Assembly (NCBI GenBank): GCA_022842645.1
Contig: JALHPE010000001.1
Coordinates: 71,711 to 135,710, forward strand
From: Minisyncoccota bacterium
GTDB taxonomy: Bacteria; Patescibacteriota; Minisyncoccia; Phycocordibacterales; UBA2100
Length of the DNA stretch: 64,000 nt
Direction of reading: 5' to 3'
The notes under the pieces were generated by a model, which made no database searches, was not told the DNA's origin, and saw only the letters and a list, made by a program, of their open reading frames with translations. This document shows positions 1 to 9,932 of this stretch, piece after piece. Both the position numbers and the translations under genes were made by a program. Positions within the stretch are counted from its first letter, which is position 1. Each line of letters begins with the position of its first letter.

Positions 1-187
1 CAGAATCTTTACGCTCTCCCCCATTGTCGTCCACAACCGCATTCGTACCTATGACGCTTGGTGCAGGGGCGCTGTTTTCCACTGTAGGGGGTGTTGTGCT
101 AACCACTTCATCCGCGCCGTTTTGCCACCATACAAAACTACCCACAACAACAATGAGTATCGCGCCAATAACAGTAGAGACGTTCAT
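1..187 (-). CDS. Membrane-anchored hypothetical protein (5' part, runs off the window)
   Basis: Read manually: MNVSTVIGAILIVVVGSFVWWQNG..., one N-terminal TM helix; TATAGT -10 box 7 nt upstream of the ATG. Confidence 0.7.
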   Translation of the reverse strand, partial: MNVSTVIGAILIVVVGSFVWWQNGADEVVSTTPPTVENSAPAPSVIGTNAVVDDNGGERKDS

Positions 188-203
188 GAAAAACACTATA
201 GCA

Positions 204-779
204 CTACCGAAATACCCCACCAAGAGATGCGACAAGGAGAATGCCGAGGAAATTCATGCTGTATGAGATGGGAATGAACACTTTCAAATTCATGTGTGAA
301 AGCCCCATAAGAGCGAGACCGAGTTCATCCGGTAATGGTGACGCGATAATGAGCGCGCCAAAAAGTGGCAAAAGCCAATGTAAGAATGGGTGGCGAAAAA
401 ATGCCCGCAATTGCCGACGTTGTGACTCTTTGAGAAAAAGTGTCGTCCGATCTTTCACCGCCTCGCGCACAAAGAGAAAAAGAAATAGATCTCCTATGAC
501 CGCGCCCGCTGCTCCGACGGCGGCAATGACGAAAGGGTTAAACACTTGGGTAATTTCAAAGAAGACCACTGTTGCCGGAATGACTGACAAGAGGGATGTG
601 AAGAAGACCCCTGCGATAAAACTTGCAGGAAGTGCGCGCGCAAGCGAATCCCCCACCCACGCATTAATTGCTCCTGTTATTAAAAGCTCGTATGCAACAT
701 AGAGGGAAATAACAACCAAGAATGTTGCGCGGGCACGATGCAATCGTGCCCGATGTTCTTCTGCACGAGCGCGACTCAT
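204..779 (-). CDS. Polytopic membrane protein, DedA/VTT-like
   Basis: Hydrophobic ORF with GAxGAVIGD and SPLPDE motifs; start moved to ATG 779, which overlaps the uppP stop. Confidence 0.65.
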   Translation of the reverse strand: MSRARAEEHRARLHRARATFLVVISLYVAYELLITGAINAWVGDSLARALPASFIAGVFFTSLLSVIPATVVFFEITQVFNPFVIAAVGAAGAVIGDLFLFLFVREAVKDRTTLFLKESQRRQLRAFFRHPFLHWLLPLFGALIIASPLPDELGLALMGLSHMNLKVFIPISYSMNFLGILLVASLGGVFR

Positions 780-1552
780 ATGAGAAAGAAGAATATAAAT
801 GCTGCAAGAACAATCCGATACCACCCAAACCACTCAAACGAATGAGTGCTCACAAAGTGAATCAGTGCACGAGCACTTACATACGCAGCACAGAACGCAG
901 CAACAAATCCAAGCATGAGCACGTGCCAGTCCCCAAACGCAAACGAAGAGCCTGTACGCAGAAGATCGTACCCCGTTGCCGCGAGCATCGTCGGAATTGC
1001 GAGTAAGAATGAAAACCGCGCAATCTCAACTCGCGGAAGTCCAAGCGCAAGTCCGCCAAGAATCGTTGCGCCGGCACGTGATACCCCCGGCACAACCGCG
1101 AGCGATTGTGCGCACCCTATAACCAACGCTTTTCTGAGCGACATATGCTCGGCACGTATGTCCTGCGTGGGTATAAACCCCCTCTTTCGCGCACGCTCGA
1201 AAAGAATAAATACCACACCACCAAGAAAGAGTGCCCACGCGATGATGGTCATACTCTCAAGAAAGACCTCTTTAATAACTGAATAGAGTGCAAAACCAAC
1301 GAGTGCCGCGGGGAGGAATGCAATCAGGACGCGAAGCACGAGGCCGTGATCAGAAATAAGTGTCTTTCTATAAAGAAAAAGCAGGCTTGCAATTGCTCCA
1401 AGCTGAATTGCGATAATAAAGCTGGTCAAAAAAGTGTCTGAAGGTATATCGAGGAGGTGCGCACCAATGACGAGGTGCGCAGTAGAAGAAACAGGAAGAA
1501 ATTCGGTAAATCCTTCAAGAAGACCGAGGATGATTGCGTGGAACGGACTCAC
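776..1552 (-). CDS. uppP: Undecaprenyl-diphosphate phosphatase (BacA)
   Basis: EGFTEFLPVSSTAH and PGVSRAGAT signature motifs; GTG start 7 nt after TACAAT. Confidence 0.95.
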   Translation of the reverse strand: MSPFHAIILGLLEGFTEFLPVSSTAHLVIGAHLLDIPSDTFLTSFIIAIQLGAIASLLFLYRKTLISDHGLVLRVLIAFLPAALVGFALYSVIKEVFLESMTIIAWALFLGGVVFILFERARKRGFIPTQDIRAEHMSLRKALVIGCAQSLAVVPGVSRAGATILGGLALGLPRVEIARFSFLLAIPTMLAATGYDLLRTGSSFAFGDWHVLMLGFVAAFCAAYVSARALIHFVSTHSFEWFGWYRIVLAAFIFFFLI

Positions 1553-1646
1553 AGCGTGTATTGTACCTCCTTTCTGCAAATTTTTATGCTTTTTTCTTTT
1601 ATATATGGAGTGCAAATGTCTCCGAACCTGTTAGTATCAATATATT

Positions 1647-2360
1647 ATGAAAAGCGAGGGCTTTAAAAAAGTGAACTCAACGAGCGATATGCCCAGCTTG
1701 CCCTCTCTTTCAATCGAAGAAATGCTGGAGGTTTCTAAAATCGATCCTTTACTATTTGAAGAGATTTCAAAAAAGGCAGGGCACGAGAAGCCTGAGACGT
1801 TTCTGGAGGTGTTACGGAAAGCTCAAAAACATAAGGAAACCAGTCCGGGCAAGATCACATTTGATTCCTATAGCATAAAGAGATACGCAATGGAACCCGA
1901 TCCGGCCTTTGATCAATACTATATAGATCTTGAAATTCGTATAAACCGGTACATAAACACAGCGAAAGGAAGTACCCCGCGCACGTATGAAAAAATCATT
2001 GCACGCGTCCAAGATGCATATCGTCAACTTTACGACCGTGAAAAACACAAAATGATTTATGAACGAGTGAAGAAAGGAGTCGACTTGGTAACGGCGTATA
2101 ATGAAGTTGAGATGATTTTCAAAAAACGTTCTGAACAGAACATGACACAGTCGGATTTGCCATATGCCTTTCGCGAGGCAGAAAGCAAGGCGATGCTTGG
2201 TATATACGCAAAAGGTATTGGTGAGGTAGATATGGCAAGCGACATACTTGGACCATCATTGAAATTCGGTGAGTTGGGAATACAAAATAAAAGAGGGGGC
2301 CTTTCGGGTGGCAGAACGTATTGGCCTCGCGGAAAACCCGACACAAGCATTGATGAATAA
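1647..2360 (+). CDS. Hypothetical protein
   Basis: 237-aa ORF filling the gap between genes, charged and helical, AT-rich; followed by a hairpin. Confidence 0.7.
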   Translation: MKSEGFKKVNSTSDMPSLPSLSIEEMLEVSKIDPLLFEEISKKAGHEKPETFLEVLRKAQKHKETSPGKITFDSYSIKRYAMEPDPAFDQYYIDLEIRINRYINTAKGSTPRTYEKIIARVQDAYRQLYDREKHKMIYERVKKGVDLVTAYNEVEMIFKKRSEQNMTQSDLPYAFREAESKAMLGIYAKGIGEVDMASDILGPSLKFGELGIQNKRGGLSGGRTYWPRGKPDTSIDE

Positions 2361-2464
2361 ATATTTTTCTGTTGGACATTTCCCTGTTCGCGAGACATAA
2401 ACGCTTCACTGGAGCGTTCGTGTCTGTCTAAGAGCGAAACATGATTCGCGCACGAGGCTGGTAC

Positions 2465-2854
2465 CTACCAGAAACCGAAACCTTTGCCTGCAAGATATGC
2501 ACCCATCACAACTGCGAGCATACCGCCCGAGGTGTACCACGCTGGGGTATTGAACTGCTTTACAAGCTTTACCACCTTCGTATACGGCGCTGCGAGATAG
2601 AAAATTGCCTCAACAACAATCCACACGCCAATGAGCGTAATGACGCCACGCCAATCAGGTGTCCATACCCAGTGCGCAAGAACCAAGGAAAGTCCGGCAA
2701 ACAACTGACAGATCGCAACGATCATCAAAAGCCCCTTGTCTCCGAGCACATCCATGATGATGTGCATGTAAGACTTTTGACGCATCATAATGATGCCGCC
2801 TGCAATTAAAAAGTACAAACCGAATAATTGAGCTAAAAATATGGAGAGTTCCAT
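2465..2854 (-). CDS. Small 4-TM membrane protein
   Basis: Four hydrophobic segments. Confidence 0.8.
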   Translation of the reverse strand: MELSIFLAQLFGLYFLIAGGIIMMRQKSYMHIIMDVLGDKGLLMIVAICQLFAGLSLVLAHWVWTPDWRGVITLIGVWIVVEAIFYLAAPYTKVVKLVKQFNTPAWYTSGGMLAVVMGAYLAGKGFGFW

Positions 2855-2883
2855 GGCGCATTGGTGTTCCCTAAATAATAGTT

Positions 2884-3109
2884 TTATTGTAGCGCCTTTT
2901 TGAGAGGAGCAATCCCGAGAAATGCAACGACGGGGATAACTCCCACAGCAATCGCATCAATCGTACATCAATCAACTTTCGAGAGACATAGAAAGAAAAG
3001 CGAGAAGAGAATAAAAAGAGTACATAGACAACTACCCCATGTGTGCGAGAAAAACTCCGCGCAGAACGAGAAAGCTCAGCACCACTGCGACACTCTAAAG
3101 AATTCCCAT
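2884..3109 (-). pseudogene. Possible decayed small membrane-protein gene
   Basis: ATG 1 nt after the upstream stop; hydrophobic peptide segments (SVAVVLSFLVL, VVVYVLFLF, AIAVGVIPVVAFLG) broken by stops and frameshifts. Confidence 0.25.
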
Positions 3110-3110
3110 A

Positions 3111-4178
3111 TCAACCAAATGTAAATGTAAATGCTTGTAAGCCTTTGCCGCGAACGCGTAGTTCAAGCGTATGCTCTTCCCCGCCCGGATTTCGTATGAG
3201 GTGGTAGAGATCCTCCTCTTGAATACGCACAACTCCCTCTTCGGAAACATCTGCGCCGCGGGCGGTGCGGAGCAGTACTCCATCCTGCCACACCTCAATT
3301 TCCACACCTTTCTGCGCACTTGCGACCATAAATACATCCTTCGCACGATAGCGGAAAATAATGCGCGCATCCTCGGACAGAGATTCCGCGTATTCGGGCT
3401 CTATATTCCATGTGCCCGTCAAATAGAGTGCATTTGCAACCGGCATCGTTGGCTCTTCAAATGATTGTGTTCCCGAGACCAGCCGTTTTGCTCCTGCCAA
3501 ACGCTCATTGCGCGCCGAGCCAAAATAGATCTCAGGACTTTGCGCGAAACGCTCTCCTTCAGGAATACCCTCTGCCGCAAGCGCTCCTGTTTCTGGCGCT
3601 CGCTCACCGAGTTTTTCAGCTCGCTCTCTAAGAGCGGCGCGAATCTTTTCTTCCGTCTCTTCGTACGCCCCTTCACCAATGTGATCATAAATAATATTCC
3701 CCTCGATATCGATGAGGTATTTGCGTGGCCAGTAGTTATTGCCGTAGGCACGCCAGGTTGCATAGTCGTTGTCCAAAACGACCGGAAACTCAATGTCGTA
3801 TTTTTTGAGGGCAGCGCGCACATTCTCGATATCTTTCTCAAACGCAAACTCGGGCGTGTGAATACCCACAATCTCGAGTCCTTCTCCTTGGTATTTTTCA
3901 TACCACGCATTGAGATATGGAAACGTGCGAATGCAATTGATGCAAGAATACGTCACGAAATCGACAAGGATAACCTTCTTCCCCACCAGCTCTCCAAGAG
4001 TAAAAGGTTCGGCATTAAGAAAGCCTGCAGGGCTCGCAATTTCTGCATACCGTTTTTCAGAGAATCCGAACGTTGGACGCGCAGTCTCGGGCATCTCCGG
4101 ATTCTGCAGAATGATGAACGCCGATGCGAGCACGCCCGTTGTTATGATGCCGCCTAAAAGCACGATCGGATTCTTCAT
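3111..4178 (-). CDS. TlpA/DipZ-like thioredoxin with C-terminal beta-sandwich domain
   Basis: TYSCINC active site, GIHTPEFAFEK, NNYWP; DipZ-type C-terminal half. Confidence 0.9.
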   Translation of the reverse strand: MKNPIVLLGGIITTGVLASAFIILQNPEMPETARPTFGFSEKRYAEIASPAGFLNAEPFTLGELVGKKVILVDFVTYSCINCIRTFPYLNAWYEKYQGEGLEIVGIHTPEFAFEKDIENVRAALKKYDIEFPVVLDNDYATWRAYGNNYWPRKYLIDIEGNIIYDHIGEGAYEETEEKIRAALRERAEKLGERAPETGALAAEGIPEGERFAQSPEIYFGSARNERLAGAKRLVSGTQSFEEPTMPVANALYLTGTWNIEPEYAESLSEDARIIFRYRAKDVFMVASAQKGVEIEVWQDGVLLRTARGADVSEEGVVRIQEEDLYHLIRNPGGEEHTLELRVRGKGLQAFTFTFG

Positions 4179-4900
4179 AGCACGCGCTCGAGAATGCTTT
4201 GTTCAAACTTCACCACATCCACAAATCCGCTCTCGAGAAGCCACACTTCAAAGCGTTTTTCATACCCGCTCACAATAAGAAGCCCGAGCACAAGGAAAAG
4301 AATACCGATTGTGCGCTTGAACCATCCATGAGAATCAGCAACGCGCGTGAGACGATCTGCAAACCGCTGCCCTAAAAGTGCGATGAGGAGTAACACCAAT
4401 GAAAGACCCCCAGCATACGCAACAAGGTAGAGTGTGCCAAGCGCAAAACTTGCCGGAAGCACCGAGGCAAGGATTACGAAGTAGGTGGGTGAGCATGAAG
4501 AAAACACGGGGCCAAGCGCCGCGCCGATAAGTACATCACCCCAGAAACTTTTCTTTTGGTATCCAGAACCCACGAGTTTATTCGAATCGCGCGAGAGACG
4601 GTTTATTCCTGGAATACGCTCCCACAATCCTGGGAACATAAGGACGAGGCCAAAAAGAATGAGAATACCCCCTGAAAGCCCTGTCCAGAATGCTTGCGGC
4701 ACCATGATGAGCGCCGTTGAGAATTTGAGGAGAAAGGTGAAGAGAATGATTGAGAGTGCAAGCGACCCAACTACAATGTAGGGTGTTGCCCGACTCCTTC
4801 CCGTCGCCGAAGAGCCAAGAACAACGGGAAGAAGTGGGAGTATGCAGGGCGCCAAGACCGTGAGCACGCCCGCGAGGAACGAGACCGCAAGAAGCGTCAT
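4175..4900 (-). CDS. ccdA: Cytochrome c biogenesis / DsbD-family membrane reductase CcdA
   Basis: LAPCILPLLP and FSSCSP motifs, about 6 TM helices. Confidence 0.9.
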   Translation of the reverse strand: MTLLAVSFLAGVLTVLAPCILPLLPVVLGSSATGRSRATPYIVVGSLALSIILFTFLLKFSTALIMVPQAFWTGLSGGILILFGLVLMFPGLWERIPGINRLSRDSNKLVGSGYQKKSFWGDVLIGAALGPVFSSCSPTYFVILASVLPASFALGTLYLVAYAGGLSLVLLLIALLGQRFADRLTRVADSHGWFKRTIGILFLVLGLLIVSGYEKRFEVWLLESGFVDVVKFEQSILERVL

Positions 4901-5011
4901 CCCGTTAGAAATAGGACGCGGGCAATTGAAAAATGATCGCACCCTAAGACACTATTGCGAGTAAATTCAACCAAAGGGCTAAGCATATATACGTCCGCGA
5001 TTTCTAACGGG
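4901..5011. mobile_element. 111-bp MITE-like insertion
   Basis: 12-bp terminal inverted repeats CCCGTTAGAAAT (4901-4912) and ATTTCTAACGGG (5000-5011), flanked by AT on both sides. Confidence 0.7.
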
Positions 5012-5020
5012 ATCATGTGG

Positions 5021-5602
5021 TTATTGTACCTTGCTTAAAAGATCAGAGAGCGCAAGGCCGCCGCTCCACTTAGTGATGAGATTTCCCGAGGCGTCAACCT
5101 GCACAAGCGTGTGCTGATACGTCACACCATATTTCTGCTTGAGCGCAGTTTCAGTGTCATAGTTCACATCAAGAATGGTGACACCTCTCGGAATCTTTGA
5201 CGCATTTGCCTTGATGTCACTGTCGAGCGCACGGCATGTCGGGCACCACGAGGCGCGGAAGAAAAGAATAACATCGCCTTCACTTGCCTTTGCAAGCTTC
5301 GACGCGGCGTATGATTCATACGAACCCTTTTCCATCGCACCCCCTCCATCGACTGGCGGATCCATCATCGCATCATCCTTCATCATCGCGTCTTTTTTCA
5401 TAGCCTCTTGCGTCATTGCATCTTTCTCCATTGCGCCCTCATCTTTCATCATTACCAGATCCTTCTGCATCATCTCGCCTTGTCCCACCTCTTCACCTAT
5501 CACTTCTTTCTGCATCGCATCTTCGTTACCCTGACCTGTAATCAAAACTCCGCCCACAATAAGCGTTAAAACCACAACCCCTCCAATAAGCCACTGCATC
5601 AT
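5021..5602 (-). CDS. Membrane-anchored thioredoxin with Met-rich linker
   Basis: ASWCPTC motif, N-terminal TM helix, DAMMK-type repeats. Confidence 0.9.
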   Translation of the reverse strand: MMQWLIGGVVVLTLIVGGVLITGQGNEDAMQKEVIGEEVGQGEMMQKDLVMMKDEGAMEKDAMTQEAMKKDAMMKDDAMMDPPVDGGGAMEKGSYESYAASKLAKASEGDVILFFRASWCPTCRALDSDIKANASKIPRGVTILDVNYDTETALKQKYGVTYQHTLVQVDASGNLITKWSGGLALSDLLSKVQ

Positions 5603-5689
5603 AAAAAATATAGTGATATATACTCGTAATGTATCTAGTGTACTGATGTGCGGGAGAATGTAAAGTAGGCTTTACATTTCTTCTGTGGA

Positions 5690-6049
5690 TTAACGATTCG
5701 TGTCTCCGTACACGCGCGCACCGAGCTTTGCGACCATCATGACAATGAGTGTGAGTGGGATCCAGGGATCAATTGTGTGCTGAAATCCCTGAACAAGAAG
5801 TGCAAGTGTGAGTATGGTAACGCCGGAGAGATATGCGGCACGCCCTGCGAATGCTCGGAGTTGTATTTCACGCTCATCACCTTCCCCCTCTCGCATAACG
5901 AAGGCAACCCACACGAGGAGCAAGGCGGCCGCTATGGTGAGCGACGCCACCTGCACCATGCTCGGCATCCAGTACATAAAAGGATCCACAAGCGTAAAAA
6001 GCACAATCGCAAGAAGCCCGAGGATGATGAACGAGAGTATGTTGGTCAT
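5690..6049 (-). CDS. Membrane protein (DUF2178-like)
   Basis: 4 TM helices with a DERE motif; overlaps the XRE gene, the usual pairing. Confidence 0.75.
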   Translation of the reverse strand: MTNILSFIILGLLAIVLFTLVDPFMYWMPSMVQVASLTIAAALLLVWVAFVMREGEGDEREIQLRAFAGRAAYLSGVTILTLALLVQGFQHTIDPWIPLTLIVMMVAKLGARVYGDTNR

Positions 6050-6243
6050 AGTGAAAAAATGTCTTCGACTGGCACCTTAAAGATGCGCGCTATTTTTAAA
6101 GCAAGCAAGACCGAAGGTGTGTAATTCCCCTTCTCGATGGCGATAATCGTCTGGCGAGAGACACCCGCTTTCTCCGCAAGCTCCTCCTGTGTGAGAGCGC
6201 GATTGAGTCGCAATTTTTGGACAGTGTTTCTAATGATTTCCAT
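6046..6243 (-). CDS. XRE-family HTH transcriptional regulator
   Basis: LTQEELAEKAGVSRQTIIAIEKGNYTPS. Confidence 0.9.
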   Translation of the reverse strand: MEIIRNTVQKLRLNRALTQEELAEKAGVSRQTIIAIEKGNYTPSVLLALKIARIFKVPVEDIFSL

Positions 6244-6275
6244 GTACCAAGAGACTACGCGTACAGCGCTGTATG

Positions 6276-7496
6276 TCAACCCTGCTTTACCTCCCCCAGA
6301 GACCGTAGCGCAACAACATACGCCGCATCACGAAGTGTAATGTTTTTCTCGATTGATTCGTTCCACACTTTTGCTGCAGCCATCTCCATTTTTTCTTTGA
6401 GTCGCGCCAGGACGTCGTCTTTTGCCCATCGCTCACCCGCACGGTTCTGTTCCCATTCGAAATATGAAACAGCAACACCACCTGCGTTTGCGAGAATGTC
6501 GGGGATGACAACAATGCCCCTTTCTTTGAGAACGTCATCGGCTTCGATTGTTGTGGGGCCATTGGCGAGTTCGAGAATAACTTTTGCCTGCACGTGCGAT
6601 GCATTTTCCTTCGTGATCGCGTTTTCGAGCGCGGCGGGAACAAGAATATCAACCGGAAGCGCGAGAATTTCCTCGTTTGAAATATCTGTGCCCGCACAGC
6701 CCAATAGCGTGCCTGTTCCTTTTTTATATGTTTCTGCCGCAGAAACATCAATGCCCTCTGGTGCATAGATACCGCCCTTCGAATCAGAAAGCGCAACAAT
6801 CTTGAATCCGCGACTTGCCGCATAATGCGCAAAATATAGACCGACATTTCCAAAACCCTGAATCGCTACTGTTCCTGTTTCTTTTCCCAGCTTCACAAGA
6901 ATCGCCTCGAGTGCATAGCCGCCGCCGTAGCCTGTCGCTTCTGTGCGTCCTTCGGAACCACCGTGTTCGACTGGCTTTCCTGTCACAACGGCAGGCGCGT
7001 CTTCGCCAACATGTTTTGAATATTCGTCCGCGATCCAGTGCATCATTTGTGCAGTGGAGCCGACATCGGGCGCCGGCACGTCTTTCTCGGGTCCGATCAC
7101 ATGTGCGAGCTCCCGTGCAAAGTTGCGCGTAAGGCGTTCGAGCTCCCCTCCAGAGAGTTCCTTCGGATCAACCTCAATGCCGCCTTTTCCCCCGCCAAAT
7201 GGCACGCCAATGACGGCATTCTTCATGGTCATCCAAAATGCGAGTGCTTTTGCTTCGTCGAGATCAACTTGTGGATGAAATCGTAAGCCCCCTTTGTAGG
7301 GACCGCGCATGTTGTTGTGCTGCACGCGGTAGCCGCGGAAGGTCTTTGTTTCGCCGCTATCCATGGTGACGGGCACGTTTACCTCAACAACGTTGTCAGG
7401 CTCTTTGAGGCGGTGGTGGAGATCCGGGTGAGTATCAGTAAGTTCGAGGGTCTTTTGAAGCTGGGACAATGCGCGTTGCCAGGGATTATTGGACAT
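6276..7496 (-). CDS. gdhA: Glu/Leu/Phe/Val-family (glutamate) dehydrogenase
   Basis: GPYKGGLRF, GGGKGG, DVPAPD, GFGNVG, ILANAGGV. Confidence 0.95.
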   Translation of the reverse strand: MSNNPWQRALSQLQKTLELTDTHPDLHHRLKEPDNVVEVNVPVTMDSGETKTFRGYRVQHNNMRGPYKGGLRFHPQVDLDEAKALAFWMTMKNAVIGVPFGGGKGGIEVDPKELSGGELERLTRNFARELAHVIGPEKDVPAPDVGSTAQMMHWIADEYSKHVGEDAPAVVTGKPVEHGGSEGRTEATGYGGGYALEAILVKLGKETGTVAIQGFGNVGLYFAHYAASRGFKIVALSDSKGGIYAPEGIDVSAAETYKKGTGTLLGCAGTDISNEEILALPVDILVPAALENAITKENASHVQAKVILELANGPTTIEADDVLKERGIVVIPDILANAGGVAVSYFEWEQNRAGERWAKDDVLARLKEKMEMAAAKVWNESIEKNITLRDAAYVVALRSLGEVKQG

Positions 7497-7505
7497 TCGA
7501 CCATT

Positions 7506-8678
7506 CTACTCCTCACGCGGAATTATGCGAAAGACACGGTCGTCGTTTCGAGCGGCGGAGCCGCGGCCGTCGCGGTTCGAGGTGGTGAAGTATATGAAGC
7601 CGTCTCGGCCTTCTGTTACTTCGCGGATGCGACCATATTCTCCATCAAAAAGTTTTTCTTGTCCGCGCACACTATCTGGATTACTCGGATCAAACTGCAC
7701 ACGCCACAATCCCTCTCCCCGCAATGCGCCGAAAAAAAGATTGTTTTTGAATTGCGGGAATACTTTCCCAGAATACACGAGTGCCGAAGCCGGTGCTTCT
7801 GCAGGAGTATAGAGTGCTATTGACGCGATGGTACCCTCGCGTGTTTTTTCGTGCGAAACCAAGGGCCAGCCGTAATTCCCTCCTTTCACAATGCGATTCA
7901 CTTCATCTCCGCCACCTGCCCCGTCGAATCCGGAGGGACCATGTTCAGTTGAATAAAGGTTCCCTTCTCCATCCCACGAAATACCTTGTGGATTACGATG
8001 GCCATAACTCCAGATTGGCGAACCGGAAAATGGATTATCGCTCGGAACAGAACCGTCGTCGTTTATGCGGAGAATCTTTCCGGCGAGCGAATCCATATCC
8101 TGCGCAAGATCGCGATCAATCGCGTCACCTGTTGTGATATAGAGCTTCCCATCAGGACCAAATGAAAGCTCGCACCCGGCGTGATACTGCGCAGCGGGAA
8201 TGTTGTCGATGATCGTCGTTATATTTTCCGCACTTTCGCCCGCGTCGGTAAAGCGCACAATTTTTACAAACATATCTCCCGAGCGTTCGTATGCATAGGA
8301 GGCATAGACAAATTTGTTCTGTGCGTAGTTCGGGTGGAGCGCGAGTGACATTAAACCCTCTTCCCCGCCAGTCGAGACTTCAGGAAAAATGTGGAGCGGC
8401 TTAGCCGCAATCCGCCAGCCGGCGGAGCCATTTTCAACCATGCGAATACGCCCCGGTCGTTCGCTCACAAGCATGCGCGAATCCGAGGTAAACACAATCC
8501 CCCACGGCACTTCAAGTCCGCCCACCACTTCTTCAACTGTGTATGCAACTTCACGTTCTCCCATTGGCTCTATCGTAGCAGTTTTGTTTTGATAGAAAGG
8601 TGGAAGTTTTAACCAGTACACACTCGCCGAGAAAAGAATCGCAGCGGCAAACATCAAAACGAGTAGTGCGCGAATCAT
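7506..8678 (-). CDS. Glucose/sorbosone (PQQ-dependent sugar) dehydrogenase family
   Basis: FGPDGKLY, SYGHRNPQG, GGNYGWP, GRIREV; signal/TM at start MIRALL. Confidence 0.9.
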   Translation of the reverse strand: MIRALLVLMFAAAILFSASVYWLKLPPFYQNKTATIEPMGEREVAYTVEEVVGGLEVPWGIVFTSDSRMLVSERPGRIRMVENGSAGWRIAAKPLHIFPEVSTGGEEGLMSLALHPNYAQNKFVYASYAYERSGDMFVKIVRFTDAGESAENITTIIDNIPAAQYHAGCELSFGPDGKLYITTGDAIDRDLAQDMDSLAGKILRINDDGSVPSDNPFSGSPIWSYGHRNPQGISWDGEGNLYSTEHGPSGFDGAGGGDEVNRIVKGGNYGWPLVSHEKTREGTIASIALYTPAEAPASALVYSGKVFPQFKNNLFFGALRGEGLWRVQFDPSNPDSVRGQEKLFDGEYGRIREVTEGRDGFIYFTTSNRDGRGSAARNDDRVFRIIPREE

Positions 8679-9199
8679 TGAAACGTTGCGGAAGCAACGA
8701 CCTGCGCAAAATGCGTACGAATTGGGTCTTCGGGTGAGAGATGAGTGACTGAGAACGCATATATCTTGTCGCCGCGCGCCTGTGCAATCGTAGTGCCGGG
8801 ATAGAGGCCGTCCCACGCGAACGCGAGTGCTGACTCTGTTCCCACGAGCACCTCGGCTGGCGTACCGCCAGAAAGGCGAAAATTCGAGAGCGGCGACGAA
8901 CGGATCCATTCTTCCGTCGTTTGGTTCTGAGGATTGGGAATGACCTCCACGGTAATTGAGGTTGGTCCCTCACCCGCCTCGGGGAGTGGTAAATCTTTTT
9001 TGTTGATTAACGTGATGGTGTGGGTGCCCGCTTCGTCTCGCTCGCTCAACTCGTAGCCATCGGGATAGGAAAAAGAAATGCCGTGCACGTCCGAAGAATA
9101 CGTGTTCCCCGTTTGCACCGGTGCCTCAGCCGAACCCCACAAAAACCACCAGAGACCGAGCGCAGCCGCGACTACAAGAATGACCGCGGAATACTTCAT
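8675..9199 (-). CDS. Exported hypothetical protein (PsbP-like fold possible)
   Basis: N-terminal TM helix, GISFSYP motif, ends SATF; 4-bp overlaps on both sides. Confidence 0.7.
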   Translation of the reverse strand: MKYSAVILVVAAALGLWWFLWGSAEAPVQTGNTYSSDVHGISFSYPDGYELSERDEAGTHTITLINKKDLPLPEAGEGPTSITVEVIPNPQNQTTEEWIRSSPLSNFRLSGGTPAEVLVGTESALAFAWDGLYPGTTIAQARGDKIYAFSVTHLSPEDPIRTHFAQVVASATFQ

Positions 9200-9861
9200 A
9201 CACTTACTTGTTCCTCCGCACTCACCTCTGGACGCATCCTGCGATACACGATGAGAAGAATGATGACCGACGCAAGAAGAAGAAGTGTGGTGACCACTGG
9301 CCAAAGAAGGAGTGGTGTTGTGTACGCCTCAAGCGCAGATTTCCCGAAAAATTCTGATTTGATGGTTGGGAGCGCACCAAAACGACTTATCACCTGCCCA
9401 AGTAAGAATCCGTCCTCGCCTTCAAAGACCAGTACATACGCCCCCTGATTGTCTGGGCTTGAAACCTGAATACGATATGAACCTGTGGTTACGGTGTTCT
9501 CTAACACCGGCCCTGCAAGGTAACTGTCGCGTCCGGAGGTATCGAAAAAACGCTGCCACTCGATCATGCCGCCATCCACACGCGCAAATGATTCTCCAGG
9601 ATTTTTATCTGAGATCATTTCTGCAACAATATCGGTGGAAACGTCCTCTGTATCTGGTGCAAGTACGACCGCCTTCACAGTGTAGCCGTCGCTGGGCACA
9701 TTAAAGGTAAATACGTGCGGCGAACCCGTGAGTTCACCGTAATACGCGCGATATACCTGTGGGTTGGAAACGCGCGTCTCGGCATTTTCAACAATAATAA
9801 GTTCCTGAGCACTGAGCGAAAGTGGCAGGACGAGCAAAAGTGCAAGAAAAATATGCTTCAT
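9196..9861 (-). CDS. Exported protein with C-terminal TM anchor
   Basis: Signal peptide MKHIFLALLL, C-terminal TM helix; TATCAT 6 nt upstream. Confidence 0.75.
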   Translation of the reverse strand: MKHIFLALLLVLPLSLSAQELIIVENAETRVSNPQVYRAYYGELTGSPHVFTFNVPSDGYTVKAVVLAPDTEDVSTDIVAEMISDKNPGESFARVDGGMIEWQRFFDTSGRDSYLAGPVLENTVTTGSYRIQVSSPDNQGAYVLVFEGEDGFLLGQVISRFGALPTIKSEFFGKSALEAYTTPLLLWPVVTTLLLLASVIILLIVYRRMRPEVSAEEQVSV

Positions 9862-9932
9862 AAGAGCATGATACCAAGCTTCCCACAGGAGGGCTAGCGT
9901 GCTACTCTCGGAGGAAGGAAACCAGCCATACA

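Noticed and set aside
2884-3109. Stop-codon recoding suggested by in-frame TAG/TGA
   Set aside because: Frameshifts are also needed to read it, and TGA, TAG and TAA all terminate well-conserved genes here, so code 11 holds
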